This document shows, one piece after another, positions 48,412 to 59,261 of a stretch of DNA of 64,000 nucleotides (positions are counted from its first letter, which is position 1; each line of letters begins with the position of its first letter). The notes beneath the pieces are model-generated. The model worked only from the letters and a program-made list of their open reading frames with translations, did no database searches and was not told the DNA's origin. This stretch comes from a virus (taxonomy: Duplodnaviria > Heunggongvirae > Uroviricota > Caudoviricetes): IMG/VR virus record IMGVR_UViG_3300029604_000306. One strand, given 5' to 3'. Made by a program: the position numbers and the translations under genes.

Positions 48412-49080
48412 ATGGCATCAGAGAACGACAGACACGAAGCATATAAAAATTACATTGCTGCAAATGAGAGCACTGTTTTAAAAGGATTGGAAAATTGGCT
48501 TCTGTTTGGAAGGCCGATAGCAGAGGCAAGCATTTTATATGAAATAAGAAAATGCTTGGACCCATGGCCAACACATTTTATATTAGAAAATTCGCAGAGC
48601 AGGAAGGTTCGAGACGGTGTTTTATTGGAAAACGGTTATATTTGCAAAAATCTTACAATAAAAGATTTCTTGAACGAATTTTCAGGAAAAGTTTTCTTAT
48701 GCGAGGGCGAAAATGGATATGACGAATATTATACGACTTACGGGGAAGAGTTAGACATCTCCATTGGAAGTGTAATGAAAAAAATGGCTAAAAAAGGAAT
48801 GGAAGCTATTTTGAAAGACAAATTCAAATCGTATGATGCAGCGAGCTTATGCTCGCTTGCACCAGACGCGAACGGGGCTTCCGACTCCCACGTACGCATC
48901 CAATTACCTTCAGACCGATGGGCAAACAAGTTTGACCGCGGTTTCCCGTCCGTCGATGAAAACCTGCAAGATGAAGGTGTATTCATGGAATGTCTGTTCA
49001 AGGTTGTTGATATATATTCAGCCTTATCGGTTATCCGGTTTTATCGAATGGAAGAAATAACATTAAATGATATAAGATGA
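48412..49080 (+). CDS. hypothetical protein carrying a 41-aa in-frame element-derived insert
   Basis: ORF stays open through the 123-bp element at 48834-48956. Confidence 0.75.
   Translation: MASENDRHEAYKNYIAANESTVLKGLENWLLFGRPIAEASILYEIRKCLDPWPTHFILENSQSRKVRDGVLLENGYICKNLTIKDFLNEFSGKVFLCEGENGYDEYYTTYGEELDISIGSVMKKMAKKGMEAILKDKFKSYDAASLCSLAPDANGASDSHVRIQLPSDRWANKFDRGFPSVDENLQDEGVFMECLFKVVDIYSALSVIRFYRMEEITLNDIR
48834..48956 (-). mobile_element. 123-bp hairpin insertion element, in frame within a CDS
   Basis: Reverse complement aligns end to end with 14407-14529. Confidence 0.85.
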
Positions 49081-49346
49081 TATGCATAAGAAAGTTGTTT
49101 TAAGGCCTGCTTTAGCGGTAGGCCTTTTGTAATGCAAAAAAAATAAAAAAGCTCGCAAAAAAACAACAAAAATAAAAAAATCAAGCATATTAATTACGTC
49201 AAGAAATAAACAGTTCGAAGTGAAGGAACTGCGAAAAATATACGTAGTGCCCCAAAAACATATTGAGGGCCGACTGGCAATGTGAGATTGACCGCGGCCT
49301 TCCGCCTAATAACAAAAAAAATTAGAAAAGGAGATTACAAAATTAT

Positions 49347-50081
49347 ATGGGAAGAAAATTTAAAATTGAAAGAGACTATTACGATGAGAAGGACTATTTA
49401 TATAGAAAAATGCATGTAGAGTTTGAACCTGGCCTTACGGTCCTGATTGGATGCAATGGGTGCGGAAAAACCACATTGATGCGACAGGTTCGGTTACAGG
49501 TGGAGAAGGAGCTTAAAAATCCGTGTGTTATTAATTACGACAACTATATTCATGGCGGAGCATCTTCAATAAGCGAATCCATACTTTGCGGAGATATGAC
49601 ATTTGTTGCAGATAGTGTGATGTCAAGCGAAGGAGAGAAGATTGCATTAAATATGCAGAAACTATCCATGAAAATTGGTTCTCTTATGAAAAAATATCCG
49701 GACGAAAAAGAGTTTTGGATTTTTCTTGATGGAGTGGATAGCGGATTCAGTGTTGATGCGATTGAGGACTTGAAACGTGGCCTGTTTGATACTATATTTG
49801 ATTGTTATCCGGATAAAGATATCTACATCATCGCAAGTGCAAATGAATATGAGATGGCCAGAGGAGAGAAATGTTTCGATACAGTCAACTGCAGATATGT
49901 GAATATTAAGTCGTATGAACGTTATAGAAGTCTTGTGTTAAAATCAAGGGAGTACAAAGATGAAAGGATTAAAAAGGCGGTTAAAAGAGCGGAAAGCCAG
50001 AAAGAAAAGGCTGCCGAAAAAGACTCTGATAATGTGAAGGAAAGCAGTTTCCAGGCTCGAGAATGGAAGAAGGAGAGATAG
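49347..50081 (+). CDS. ABC-like ATPase
   Basis: Walker A GCNGCGKT, SSEGE signature-like motif, IFLDGVDSG. Confidence 0.8.
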   Translation: MGRKFKIERDYYDEKDYLYRKMHVEFEPGLTVLIGCNGCGKTTLMRQVRLQVEKELKNPCVINYDNYIHGGASSISESILCGDMTFVADSVMSSEGEKIALNMQKLSMKIGSLMKKYPDEKEFWIFLDGVDSGFSVDAIEDLKRGLFDTIFDCYPDKDIYIIASANEYEMARGEKCFDTVNCRYVNIKSYERYRSLVLKSREYKDERIKKAVKRAESQKEKAAEKDSDNVKESSFQAREWKKER

Positions 50082-50228
50082 AAATGAGCAGGGGATAAAG
50101 CCCCTGCCTATTTCGGATTGGTGGAAGAGCCGCCAGATATCAAGCAAACAATAATTATTCGCAAATATTTTCAGCTTGGCCGAAAATTCGTCATATTAAT
50201 TCCACAAAAAAAAAGAGGAGGAATTGAT

Positions 50229-51110
50229 ATGGCAATTTATGTGACTGGAGATACTCACGGTGCTAAACAATATGGATTTTGCAGTGTTGATGGATTTATG
50301 CACAGATTAAATATAGATTCTTTCCCGGAACAAAAAATGATGACGAAAGATGACTATGTAGTAATCTGTGGAGATTTTGGTGGCGTCTGGGATTTTAAAG
50401 GAGAGTCTCCGGAAGAAAAATATAACCTAGACTGGCTTGAATCGCGTAATTTTACAACATTATTTGTGCCAGGAAATCATGAAAATTACGACCGTCTGGT
50501 TGGTATAAATGACAAAAAAGCGCTAGACTCCTGGATTTTTAAAGGACTGAGCGATGTAAAGAAAAATAGAATACTGAATGGATACCCACAAAAAGAATGG
50601 CACGGCGGAATTGTAAGAGAGATTCGCCCATCTGTTCTTATGCTTGAACGGGGATATGTTTTCGATATTGATGGGTGCAAGTGTTTTGCCTTTGGAGGTG
50701 CAAGAAGCCATGACATCAGCGGTGGAATCCTTAAAGCAGAAGAATTTGAAAGCAAAAAACTGGCTAATAAAGAGGCTGAAAGATGGAATCTTGAAGGAAA
50801 AACGTTTCGTGTAAATCATATTTCATGGTGGGAACAGGAAATGCCAGAGCAGATGGAGATGGAACGCGGCTGGGCCATGCTTGAAGATGAAAAATATAAA
50901 GTTGATTTCATATTTTCGCACGACTGCCCGGCTTCTGATAGGTTCTTTGTACTTCGGGAAAACTGTCCTGATGAACTGAACAAGTATCTTGAACAGGTAA
51001 AACAGAAGGTAAACTACAAAAAATGGTTCTTTGGACACTATCATGAGAACATGATGATGCCTGGAGGAAAAGACCTGTTGTTGTATGAGCAGATTGTACA
51101 GATTAACTGA
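50229..51110 (+). CDS. calcineurin-like metallophosphoesterase
   Basis: GDTHG, GDFG, GNHE, FSH, GHYH. Confidence 0.92.
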   Translation: MAIYVTGDTHGAKQYGFCSVDGFMHRLNIDSFPEQKMMTKDDYVVICGDFGGVWDFKGESPEEKYNLDWLESRNFTTLFVPGNHENYDRLVGINDKKALDSWIFKGLSDVKKNRILNGYPQKEWHGGIVREIRPSVLMLERGYVFDIDGCKCFAFGGARSHDISGGILKAEEFESKKLANKEAERWNLEGKTFRVNHISWWEQEMPEQMEMERGWAMLEDEKYKVDFIFSHDCPASDRFFVLRENCPDELNKYLEQVKQKVNYKKWFFGHYHENMMMPGGKDLLLYEQIVQIN

Positions 51111-51124
51111 TAGGCGGTGGTCGT

Positions 51125-51553
51125 ATGGCAATCCGGAAAGAAAAAGAAGAGATTTGCGGAAGACTCTCTACGAGAGTTGTCTACATTACAGAAGACGGAA
51201 AGCGGTTCTCTCAGGAGAGCGAAGCTTTCCTGCATGACGAGTACCTTAAATGGCAGCAGACGGCCAGGAAAATGGGCGTCAGATGTGTTGATGGCGGGTA
51301 TTACTGCAAAAGCGAGCAGGCATTGGCGGCCGTCGTGATAATGATGTCGTATAAGACAGGCCGGTATGACGGAAATCAGAAGAAATTTGTCAAATTTGAT
51401 AACTATCAGAATTATAGATTTTTCGGCCCGGACTGGTATTTCTTCGAGCACGATGCATGTAAACCGTACCCTTACGGATACAGCGTTAAGTCCCTGACTC
51501 AGAAGAAACAGGAATTCGCTGAATGGCTGAAAAAATACGAGGAGAAAGCGTAG
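51125..51553 (+). CDS. hypothetical protein
   Basis: 142 aa ORF with RBS. Confidence 0.7.
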   Translation: MAIRKEKEEICGRLSTRVVYITEDGKRFSQESEAFLHDEYLKWQQTARKMGVRCVDGGYYCKSEQALAAVVIMMSYKTGRYDGNQKKFVKFDNYQNYRFFGPDWYFFEHDACKPYPYGYSVKSLTQKKQEFAEWLKKYEEKA

Positions 51554-51654
51554 TGGCTTTCTCTTTTTTTGGTTTTTTTTCTCGCTTTCTTTTTTTTGCA
51601 TATTGGATATGTAAATGTTGCCAAAAAATCGGCAAAGAAAGAGAGGAATTTGTA

Positions 51655-52122
51655 ATGGAAATGTATTTTAAACTTTCTGAGTTGACAAAATTAGAACAGC
51701 AGATGTATTACAACTGCATATATCTGTTTCTTATGGAAGCAAATATACAACACCCGGAATTTTCTGCTTGGTATAGCGGCTTGTTTACTGACGACCTGCG
51801 CTTAAAGCCGGAGTACGAAATCGTAATCTGTGAAAAGGAATATGAGATTGCCGGGGTCACAATCCTGAAATCAACAAAAGAAGAGGCAAAAATATGCACG
51901 GTGTATGTTGCAGAACAGTATCGCCATAATGGTCTCGGAAGAAGACTGATGGAGTTAAGCCTTGAGTGGCTGGAAAATGAAAAGCCGGTGATGATGCTTG
52001 ATAAGAGCAAGGAACCAGACTTTACGGGCATCCTTAAACACTTTGGCTTTGTATTTCAGGAAGAAAATTACGGATTACATAATCCGGGAAAAGTAGAACT
52101 TATATACAACGGGAAAAACTGA
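51655..52122 (+). CDS. GNAT family acetyltransferase
   Basis: VYVAEQYRHNGLGRRLM acetyl-CoA binding motif. Confidence 0.85.
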   Translation: MEMYFKLSELTKLEQQMYYNCIYLFLMEANIQHPEFSAWYSGLFTDDLRLKPEYEIVICEKEYEIAGVTILKSTKEEAKICTVYVAEQYRHNGLGRRLMELSLEWLENEKPVMMLDKSKEPDFTGILKHFGFVFQEENYGLHNPGKVELIYNGKN

Positions 52123-52766
52123 GCCTTCGGCTCAGTTTTTTTTGTGGGAGGTTGCGGGAGAACAGGAAAGATGTTGAAAGATGGAAGAAATTTGTAAAAG
52201 TAAAGGTCGCTGAAGGCCGTGAGGCTGAGATTTGCTCTGTAAGAAAAGATGTTGCCGGCGTTGTTGGCGCTGGCTGATGCTTTGGCGTCGTTGGATGTTG
52301 TTAGCTGTGAGGGCTGGTAAGAAAAGAAGAACGGCGGCATGATGCTTGCCGTCTGACGCCGGGCGGAGTTAATCTGGCGGCCAGAAGACGTTGGGTTCTG
52401 TAAAGAAGCAAGATGAGAAGAAGTTGGCAGCTGAAGGAATACTGACTTTTGCTGGCTGAAATGCTCGTCTGTGTATGCTGTTCGCAAGTTGCATGCATGC
52501 CGCTGCTCACATATTGCCCGCAGCGTCTGGTCGGTTTCCTGCATTTTTTTTGCCGATTATGAAAGATGCACAAAAGAAGCCTCAAAAAAGCCTTTTTTAT
52601 TAATAAAACCAGAAAGAAATTGGTAAAAATACACAAAAACAAAGCAAAAACATGGCCATTTTGTACGTTCAAAAAGTGTTTCATTTTCAAAATTTTTTAG
52701 CATATTATTCTTGTAATCGAAGACAAGTACCCGGCGAAGCCGGAAGATAAAAAAGGAGAGAGAAAA

Positions 52767-53018
52767 ATGATTACAAGAAAAATTAAGATTGAGACTATCA
52801 GTAAAGTTAAAGATTTTGTAAACGAAATCAGCAAGGTTGATGTTAATGCTGATTTAAGCAATCCGGACAGACGGTATATCGTTGATGCAAAATCTATTCT
52901 CGGAATCTTAAGCCTGGATATCTCTCATGTAATGAATCTGACGATTTATGATGAGGAGAAAAATGCAGGAAAGTATGAAAAGATTTTTGAGAAATTTGGA
53001 GTAAGAGACAATAACTAG
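52767..53018 (+). CDS. HPr-like protein lacking His15
   Basis: VDAKSILGILSL (Ser46 region); no N-terminal GLHARP. Confidence 0.85.
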   Translation: MITRKIKIETISKVKDFVNEISKVDVNADLSNPDRRYIVDAKSILGILSLDISHVMNLTIYDEEKNAGKYEKIFEKFGVRDNN

Positions 53019-53141
53019 AATTCGAGACAGCATGGCGGCGGAAGGCCGCTTTTTTTTGTTGCGTGGAATAATCGGCATATTAAACATGACATTATTAAAA
53101 TTTTTATATGCTGATTTTTTCAGCAAGAAAGAGAGGAAATT

Positions 53142-53549
53142 ATGATGATTAACATGAAAAAAAATTATGGAGCACTTGTAGGAAGCGTTAACGCAGCAAT
53201 GGTCGACAAGGCAAGGGGTATCTTGGTTGAATTGCCTAAGACTTATCCGATGCCACAGTACAAGAGCCAGACCAGTGGCTTGATGTGCTATCCGGTGGAA
53301 GAAGCACTTCAGGCGTGGAGCTTGTCGGTTGATGATGATAAGTTGCTCCTTGCGATGGCAGCAGTCGCATCTATGGCAGACTATGTTGACGGCGTCGGCA
53401 TTGCAATGCCGGTCACTGCCGATGTTATGGCTATAATGAAGTTTGTGGCTCATCTGCTGGATGCCGAGGAGAGCGGCCCGGTATATATGCGTCATGAAGC
53501 ATATCATGGCGAGGAGCGGGCGTTCTCTTACGTCGTTCGTGTCATCTAA
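53142..53549 (+). CDS. hypothetical protein
   Basis: 135 aa ORF with RBS. Confidence 0.65.
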   Translation: MMINMKKNYGALVGSVNAAMVDKARGILVELPKTYPMPQYKSQTSGLMCYPVEEALQAWSLSVDDDKLLLAMAAVASMADYVDGVGIAMPVTADVMAIMKFVAHLLDAEESGPVYMRHEAYHGEERAFSYVVRVI

Positions 53550-53707
53550 GATTTCAGAGTCAAAACCAAAATGGTTTTGGCTCTTTTTTTGCGGCGGCGG
53601 TGCGGAGATAAACAAAAAAAGCATAAAAAAAATTGGAAAAAATAATCGTGGTTGGGAAAAATCCGGCATTTTGTAGGTGTAGAAAAAATAAAGAAGAGGG
53701 AAAGCAT

Positions 53708-55090
53708 ATGATATACAAAACTGGAGACCAGGTGCGGGATGACGCCAATGTCCCAATACATAAATTAATATTTCAAAAGATAAAAAAGACATGTGAGTCT
53801 GGAAAGCCAGGCTGGATTATATTGGATGAGAATGAAAATGAGTTCACATCATGCTTTATAGAAGATTTTGATTTGATTGAAAAGTATTTGGGTTTCGCTA
53901 ATTCGCATATTCCATCAAATCGTAAACAATCACATTCAATTTCTGTGGGAATAAGACCCTCCAAAATGATTACTCTAACTTTTTTGGAAAATTATCTTGC
54001 GATAAAAACATATAAAGATATTGATAGTGTACATCTTTCTTTAAGCTTGAGCAAAGATGAATATACGATAAAATGTTATGGCAGTAAGGATATTACGATT
54101 CTCATCTATCCGGATGGAGCAGTAATGACGGCAAGACCGAATTTTGACCGCAAATATTACCCAACAACCATTAAAAATGTGATACAGAGATTGCCAAGTG
54201 ATGTTCAGAAAACATTATTTGAAGAATTTGCAGGAAATAGCCTGTTGTACAAAGATTTTATGACCGATAAGTTTTTGGCTACAATGAGACTGACTGATTT
54301 GGATAAGAAATTCAATAAGCTTGACTATTTCCAAAGTGCATTTCCAGATGTTGCTTTTCCAAAAACAGCAAATAAAATGAACTGCTATGAGTTGTATGCC
54401 ATTGGATGCGCGGAGAAATATATTGAGCCGGAACAGGCTGGATTGCTGTTTGAAAAGGATTATCGGATTGATAAAGTACAGGATTTTACCCCATCAAAGC
54501 GAAGATGCAAGGAAATTGGGAAAAATTATATAAAAAGTATATTAAAGCAAAAAGTAACTGAAGAGGTTCTTTATGAGTTCGATTTTTTTATCGATGATTA
54601 TGTAGAAATGGCCATGGAATTAAAAGAAAAAATAGATATAAAAGCAGGAAAGAAAAAGATACGGAAGCTGCATGATGAATATGCGGAGCGGCTATTGAAG
54701 AAAAAACACAGAGGAAAAATAAAAATACCGGAAACACCGTTGAAATATCTGAAATTGCCAAAAGAGTTTATTTTGCTGGACGCGCCTGGAGCGTTATGCC
54801 AAGAGCAGAAACGGCAGCATAATTGTGTGTCGTCTTATATTGGACGTATTGAAAAAGGCTCCTGTATTATTTATTCTGCAGACATTAATGGCGAGCACGT
54901 GACAATAGAAATCAGATACAGAAAAACAAGAGGAAAATATACTTTTATCGTGCCTCAGTGCTTAAAAATGTGGAATGAATGTTGTTCAGAAGAAACTCTG
55001 AAATATGTGAAAGAACAGGTAAAGGAAGCGGGAGAGCAGGCGGTGAAAAAATACGAAAAAAAAATAGAAAGAAAGGCTAAAAATCAATAG
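53708..55090 (+). CDS. PcfJ-like domain protein
   Basis: DY-x-x-M...LHDE...L-x-x-E-x-x-x-QHNCV-x-x-Y...TIE...QC pattern. Confidence 0.75.
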   Translation: MIYKTGDQVRDDANVPIHKLIFQKIKKTCESGKPGWIILDENENEFTSCFIEDFDLIEKYLGFANSHIPSNRKQSHSISVGIRPSKMITLTFLENYLAIKTYKDIDSVHLSLSLSKDEYTIKCYGSKDITILIYPDGAVMTARPNFDRKYYPTTIKNVIQRLPSDVQKTLFEEFAGNSLLYKDFMTDKFLATMRLTDLDKKFNKLDYFQSAFPDVAFPKTANKMNCYELYAIGCAEKYIEPEQAGLLFEKDYRIDKVQDFTPSKRRCKEIGKNYIKSILKQKVTEEVLYEFDFFIDDYVEMAMELKEKIDIKAGKKKIRKLHDEYAERLLKKKHRGKIKIPETPLKYLKLPKEFILLDAPGALCQEQKRQHNCVSSYIGRIEKGSCIIYSADINGEHVTIEIRYRKTRGKYTFIVPQCLKMWNECCSEETLKYVKEQVKEAGEQAVKKYEKKIERKAKNQ

Positions 55091-55273
55091 CATGTTACCG
55101 GCAACGGGCCAAAATCAGAAATGGTTTTGGCTTTTTTTGTGTAGAAAAAACGGAAAAAGAAAAATAAAATTTGGCTGGTTCCTGGATGCGGATAAGATTG
55201 AGCGGCTGGCGTTTGTTTTGATGCAAAATTCAGCATATTAAAACAAATCCAAAAAATGGAGGCGTTTTAATAG

Positions 55274-57460
55274 ATGAAGAAAGATTTTGTGTCGCTGGCA
55301 GAGGCGAGGCCGGATTTGGCGAAGGAATGGAATTATGAAAAGAACGGGGATTTAAAACCGGAAGATGTGAGTTGCGGATGCAATAAAAAGGTATGGTGGA
55401 AGTTGCCTTATGATGTACCGGATGATTATCCTGTTAAACATTTGAGAGGGAAGCATTTTGATTTTGAGTGGATGGCTGCAATAAATTCTCGTAACCAGGG
55501 TCGAAAATGTCCATTTTTGACGGGAAATAAAATTTTGAAAGGATTTAACGACTTAGCGACAGTTCATCCGGAATTAGCAAAGGAATGGCATCCTACAAAA
55601 AATGGAGATTTAAAACCAGAAAATGTTCATATGTGTTCACATCAAAAAGTTTGGTGGTATTTGCCATATGATGTACCAATGGATTATCCAATTGAGTCTC
55701 TAAGGGGGAAGCACTTTAATTTTGAATGGTGTGTTAGGGTTAATGACCGTGTTAATTACAATACAGGTTGTCCATTTTTGACAGGAAAAAATGTATTAAG
55801 CGGATTTAATGATTTAGCTACAGTAAACCCAAAATTGGCAAAGGAGTGGCACCCTACGAAAAATGGGAAATTAACACCATGTGATATAAGGTCGAATTCC
55901 AACCAAAAAGTATGGTGGTTATTGTCGTATGATGTACCAATGGATTATCCAATTAAATCACTGAGAGGAAAACATTTTAATTTTGAATGGCAGGCAAGTC
56001 CAAACAAGAGGCAAAATGGAAATGATTGTCCATTTTTGAGCGGTCATGCTATTTGGAAGGGCTTTAATGACCTGGCAACAACCAATCCAAATCTTGCTGA
56101 TGAATGGGCCTATGACTTGAATGCTAATTTGAGTCCACAAGATGTTGCTGCCAATTCCAGCAAAAAAGTTTGGTGGCACTTGTCATATGACATTCCAGAT
56201 GATTATATAGTAGAAAGTTTACGTGGAAAGCATATCGATTTTCAATGGAAAGCAGGTATTGCAGGTAGAAATAATGGTAATGCTTGCCCTTTTTTAAGCG
56301 GTCATGCCGTATGGCTGGGGTTTAACGACCTTGCGACAGTTAGCCCTGAAGTAGCAAAGGAATGGCATCCTACAAAAAATGGAGACTTAAAACCAACACA
56401 AATCACAGCAAATTCTGACAAAAAAGTATGGTGGCTGTTGTCATATGATGTACCAATGGATTATCCGATTAAGCATCTAAGAGGAAAGCATTTTGATTTT
56501 GAATGGCAAGCAAGAATACCTGATAGAGTTTTTAAAAATGCAACATGTCCTTATTTAAGCTATCACCCAATACTATGGAAAGGGTTTAATGACTTACAAA
56601 CAGTTAACCCAAACCTTGCAAAGGAATGGCATCCTACTAAAAATGGAAATTTAACACCGGAAGATGTAACTTGTGGATTAAATAAACAAATATGGTGGCT
56701 GTTTCCATACGATGTACCAAAAGATTATCCAATTAAAGTTTTAAGAGGAAAACATTTTGATTTTGAATGGCAAGCGTCAATTAATCATCGTAATCGTGGT
56801 ATTGGATGCCCATTTGTTAATAATAGAGCCTTATGGAGGAATTTTAACGATTTAGCAACGGTAAATCCAAACCTTGCAAAGGAATGGCATCCTACTAAAA
56901 ATAGCAAATTGACCCCGCATGATGTTGTGGCGGGGTCGTGTGAAAAGGTATGGTGGTACTTGCCATATGATGACCCAAAAACAGGGAAACATTTTAATTT
57001 TGAATGGCAAGCCGTCATATTAAATCGCAATAGAGGAAGTGGCTGTCCATATTTAACAACTTATAAAGGCGAAGAATATATAAAACAATATCTTCAAAAA
57101 AATAATATTTCTTTCAATGTTCAGCAAAAGTTTTCCGATTTACTCGGTACTGGCGATGGTCAATTATCATATGATTTTTCAATACATGATGAAAAGTATG
57201 GCCATATCTTAATTGAATATAACGGCATACAACACTACGAAGCAGTAGATTATTTCGGCGGAGAAGCCGTATTAAAAAAACAAAAAGAACACGACAAAAG
57301 AAAACGTGACTATGCCAAGAAACATGGCTATAAATTGATTACTGTTAAGTATACATATGACACATATGAAAGTGTTGAAGAATACATTGATAATGAACTT
57401 AAAAAGCTTGGCGTCATAAATGATACTAAAAAAGAAGAAAACGTAAATGATGCAGCATAA
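55274..57460 (+). CDS. seven tandem DUF4379/treble-clef-like repeats fused to a C-terminal PD-(D/E)XK-type nuclease domain
   Basis: 7x DLAT-x-x-P-x-LAKEW...KVWW...FEW...CPFL; C-terminal YDF...IEYNG-x-QHY...D-x-x-K. Confidence 0.8.
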   Translation: MKKDFVSLAEARPDLAKEWNYEKNGDLKPEDVSCGCNKKVWWKLPYDVPDDYPVKHLRGKHFDFEWMAAINSRNQGRKCPFLTGNKILKGFNDLATVHPELAKEWHPTKNGDLKPENVHMCSHQKVWWYLPYDVPMDYPIESLRGKHFNFEWCVRVNDRVNYNTGCPFLTGKNVLSGFNDLATVNPKLAKEWHPTKNGKLTPCDIRSNSNQKVWWLLSYDVPMDYPIKSLRGKHFNFEWQASPNKRQNGNDCPFLSGHAIWKGFNDLATTNPNLADEWAYDLNANLSPQDVAANSSKKVWWHLSYDIPDDYIVESLRGKHIDFQWKAGIAGRNNGNACPFLSGHAVWLGFNDLATVSPEVAKEWHPTKNGDLKPTQITANSDKKVWWLLSYDVPMDYPIKHLRGKHFDFEWQARIPDRVFKNATCPYLSYHPILWKGFNDLQTVNPNLAKEWHPTKNGNLTPEDVTCGLNKQIWWLFPYDVPKDYPIKVLRGKHFDFEWQASINHRNRGIGCPFVNNRALWRNFNDLATVNPNLAKEWHPTKNSKLTPHDVVAGSCEKVWWYLPYDDPKTGKHFNFEWQAVILNRNRGSGCPYLTTYKGEEYIKQYLQKNNISFNVQQKFSDLLGTGDGQLSYDFSIHDEKYGHILIEYNGIQHYEAVDYFGGEAVLKKQKEHDKRKRDYAKKHGYKLITVKYTYDTYESVEEYIDNELKKLGVINDTKKEENVNDAA

Positions 57461-57633
57461 AGAGAATATCTTACCGCAGCCGGCTTCGCCGGCTGCTTTT
57501 TTGCTGTATAAAAAATAAAAAGAAAATCAAAGGAATCTCAAAAATTCAGCATATTAAAAGAAGAACAAAAAAAAGGAGCCGAACCATAAGGAAGAGGGGA
57601 GGCTTGGAAGCAAAGAAAAAAAGAGGTGAAAAA

Positions 57634-58755
57634 ATGAGAGATGTACAAAATAATTTGTTCGACGTCAAAGAGGCTTGCTGCGAAAGCTGCAAGTATAATA
57701 TACCAGGAAAGACTTGGTGCTCAAAATATAAAAGGATAAAGCCTGTTAGCGTCATGATAGGAAGGATTAAATGCGAAAAATATTGCATGCTAAACAATGT
57801 GGTCATGGCTTCAATTGTTGGTTTTGCAGTAGGCGATGCGTTAGGAGTGCCTGTTGAGTTTGCTTCAAGAGAAGAATTAAGTAAAAACCCGGTTAAAGAC
57901 ATGATGGGTAAAGGGACGCATAATCAGAAAGCTGGAACATGGTCGGACGATACGTCATTGACGATTGCATTAATTAAAGCCTTGGGAGATAAAGAGTTTA
58001 ACGTGGACAGTATAGCCCGCAGGATGATGGATTGGTTGTATAAAGGTAAGTATACAGCAAACGGGAAAGTGTTTGATGTTGGAAATACGACAAGAGAGGC
58101 TATATGGAGAATGCATAAAGGAGTATCTCCGATTGAAGCCGGAAGGAAAGATGAATACAGTAATGGAAACGGCTCTCTGATGCGTATACATCCACTTGCT
58201 TTTTACTTGCTTGATGTTGATAATTTTGAAGAAACGAAGAATATGATATATCAGGTATCATCCTTAACGCATGCAAATATTATTTCAAAAGTTGCCTGTC
58301 ATTTTCTCGTGGAACTAATAATCCGCCTGCTAAAAACAAATAGCATTAGAACTGCATATGATGCCGTATGTCGTGAATTTGCTGAATATTACACAGAAGA
58401 CAAGATACAATCTGCGTTTGCAAATATTTTCTCAGGAAAGATACTTTCTATGTCAGCATCAAGTGTTAAGTCATCTGGGTATGTAATAGATACATTAGAG
58501 GCCGTTTTGTGGTGTATTTTCCATACAACAACATATAAGGATGCTGTCTTAACAGCGGTGAATCTTGGCGATGATACAGATACTGTCGGCGCTATAACAG
58601 GCGGAATTGCTGGCATTATTTACGGCCTTAATGCTATTCCTGAAGAGTGGATTTCAAAATTGGTTAATAAGATGATTGTGCTTAATGCTGCAAGCGATTT
58701 GTATAAGAAATGCAATAAGGACAATATCATCGATAACCTTGATTTTTCTGTCTAA
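57634..58755 (+). CDS. ADP-ribosylglycohydrolase (DraG/ARH family)
   Basis: GDALG, WSDDT, GNGSLMR, NLGDDTDT. Confidence 0.93.
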   Translation: MRDVQNNLFDVKEACCESCKYNIPGKTWCSKYKRIKPVSVMIGRIKCEKYCMLNNVVMASIVGFAVGDALGVPVEFASREELSKNPVKDMMGKGTHNQKAGTWSDDTSLTIALIKALGDKEFNVDSIARRMMDWLYKGKYTANGKVFDVGNTTREAIWRMHKGVSPIEAGRKDEYSNGNGSLMRIHPLAFYLLDVDNFEETKNMIYQVSSLTHANIISKVACHFLVELIIRLLKTNSIRTAYDAVCREFAEYYTEDKIQSAFANIFSGKILSMSASSVKSSGYVIDTLEAVLWCIFHTTTYKDAVLTAVNLGDDTDTVGAITGGIAGIIYGLNAIPEEWISKLVNKMIVLNAASDLYKKCNKDNIIDNLDFSV

Positions 58756-59036
58756 AATGAGTCAAAAAAAATAATCAAGCCAGGAGGTAAAAGCACATGC
58801 GGCAATTAATAATTGTAAGAAAAGACTTAAACATGTTTGCCGGTAAACTGGCGGCACAGGTATCTCATGCGTCCATGGCGTTTCTGACAACGCCGCTCAG
58901 AGATGCGAAATGTAATAAAAATAAAATAAGTGAAAAATAAAAAAGATAAAGAGAAAAACAAGCAGAAAAACAAAACAACAGGCCGATTAATCGGCCTGTT
59001 CGTTTGTGCTTGATAAAATACAGAAAAAATAAAAAG

Positions 59037-59261
59037 TTAGTGGTCCTCTCCATATCCACGAAGAATGACTTTGCCGGTCTCGTCAACAACCTCAATCAGA
59101 CATCCTGGCTGCCAGCCTTTGTATCTGAGTGGCTTGACTTTTCCGAATTCAGACATACAGTCAAAAATTTCGTATGACTCACCGTGGCAATCGTCCATAT
59201 TGATATAATCGATAAGCCTCTGTGGTGTCATTAACGAAGAAAATAATTCGTCGTCAATCAT
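59037..59261 (-). CDS. hypothetical protein
   Basis: ORF track; start set at MIDDEL overlapping the upstream stop. Confidence 0.6.
   Translation of the reverse strand: MIDDELFSSLMTPQRLIDYINMDDCHGESYEIFDCMSEFGKVKPLRYKGWQPGCLIEVVDETGKVILRGYGEDH

Noticed and set aside
50082..50142. Two hairpins ending in GATATCA; also a short GAGCGGGAAATCCCC...TATCG segment near 8541-8564
   Set aside because: They resemble the element family in shape only; boundaries and sequence similarity are too weak to count.
52140..52560. GC-richer G/T-skewed stretch with minus-strand ORFs
   Set aside because: No motif, RBS or repeat structure that I could support.
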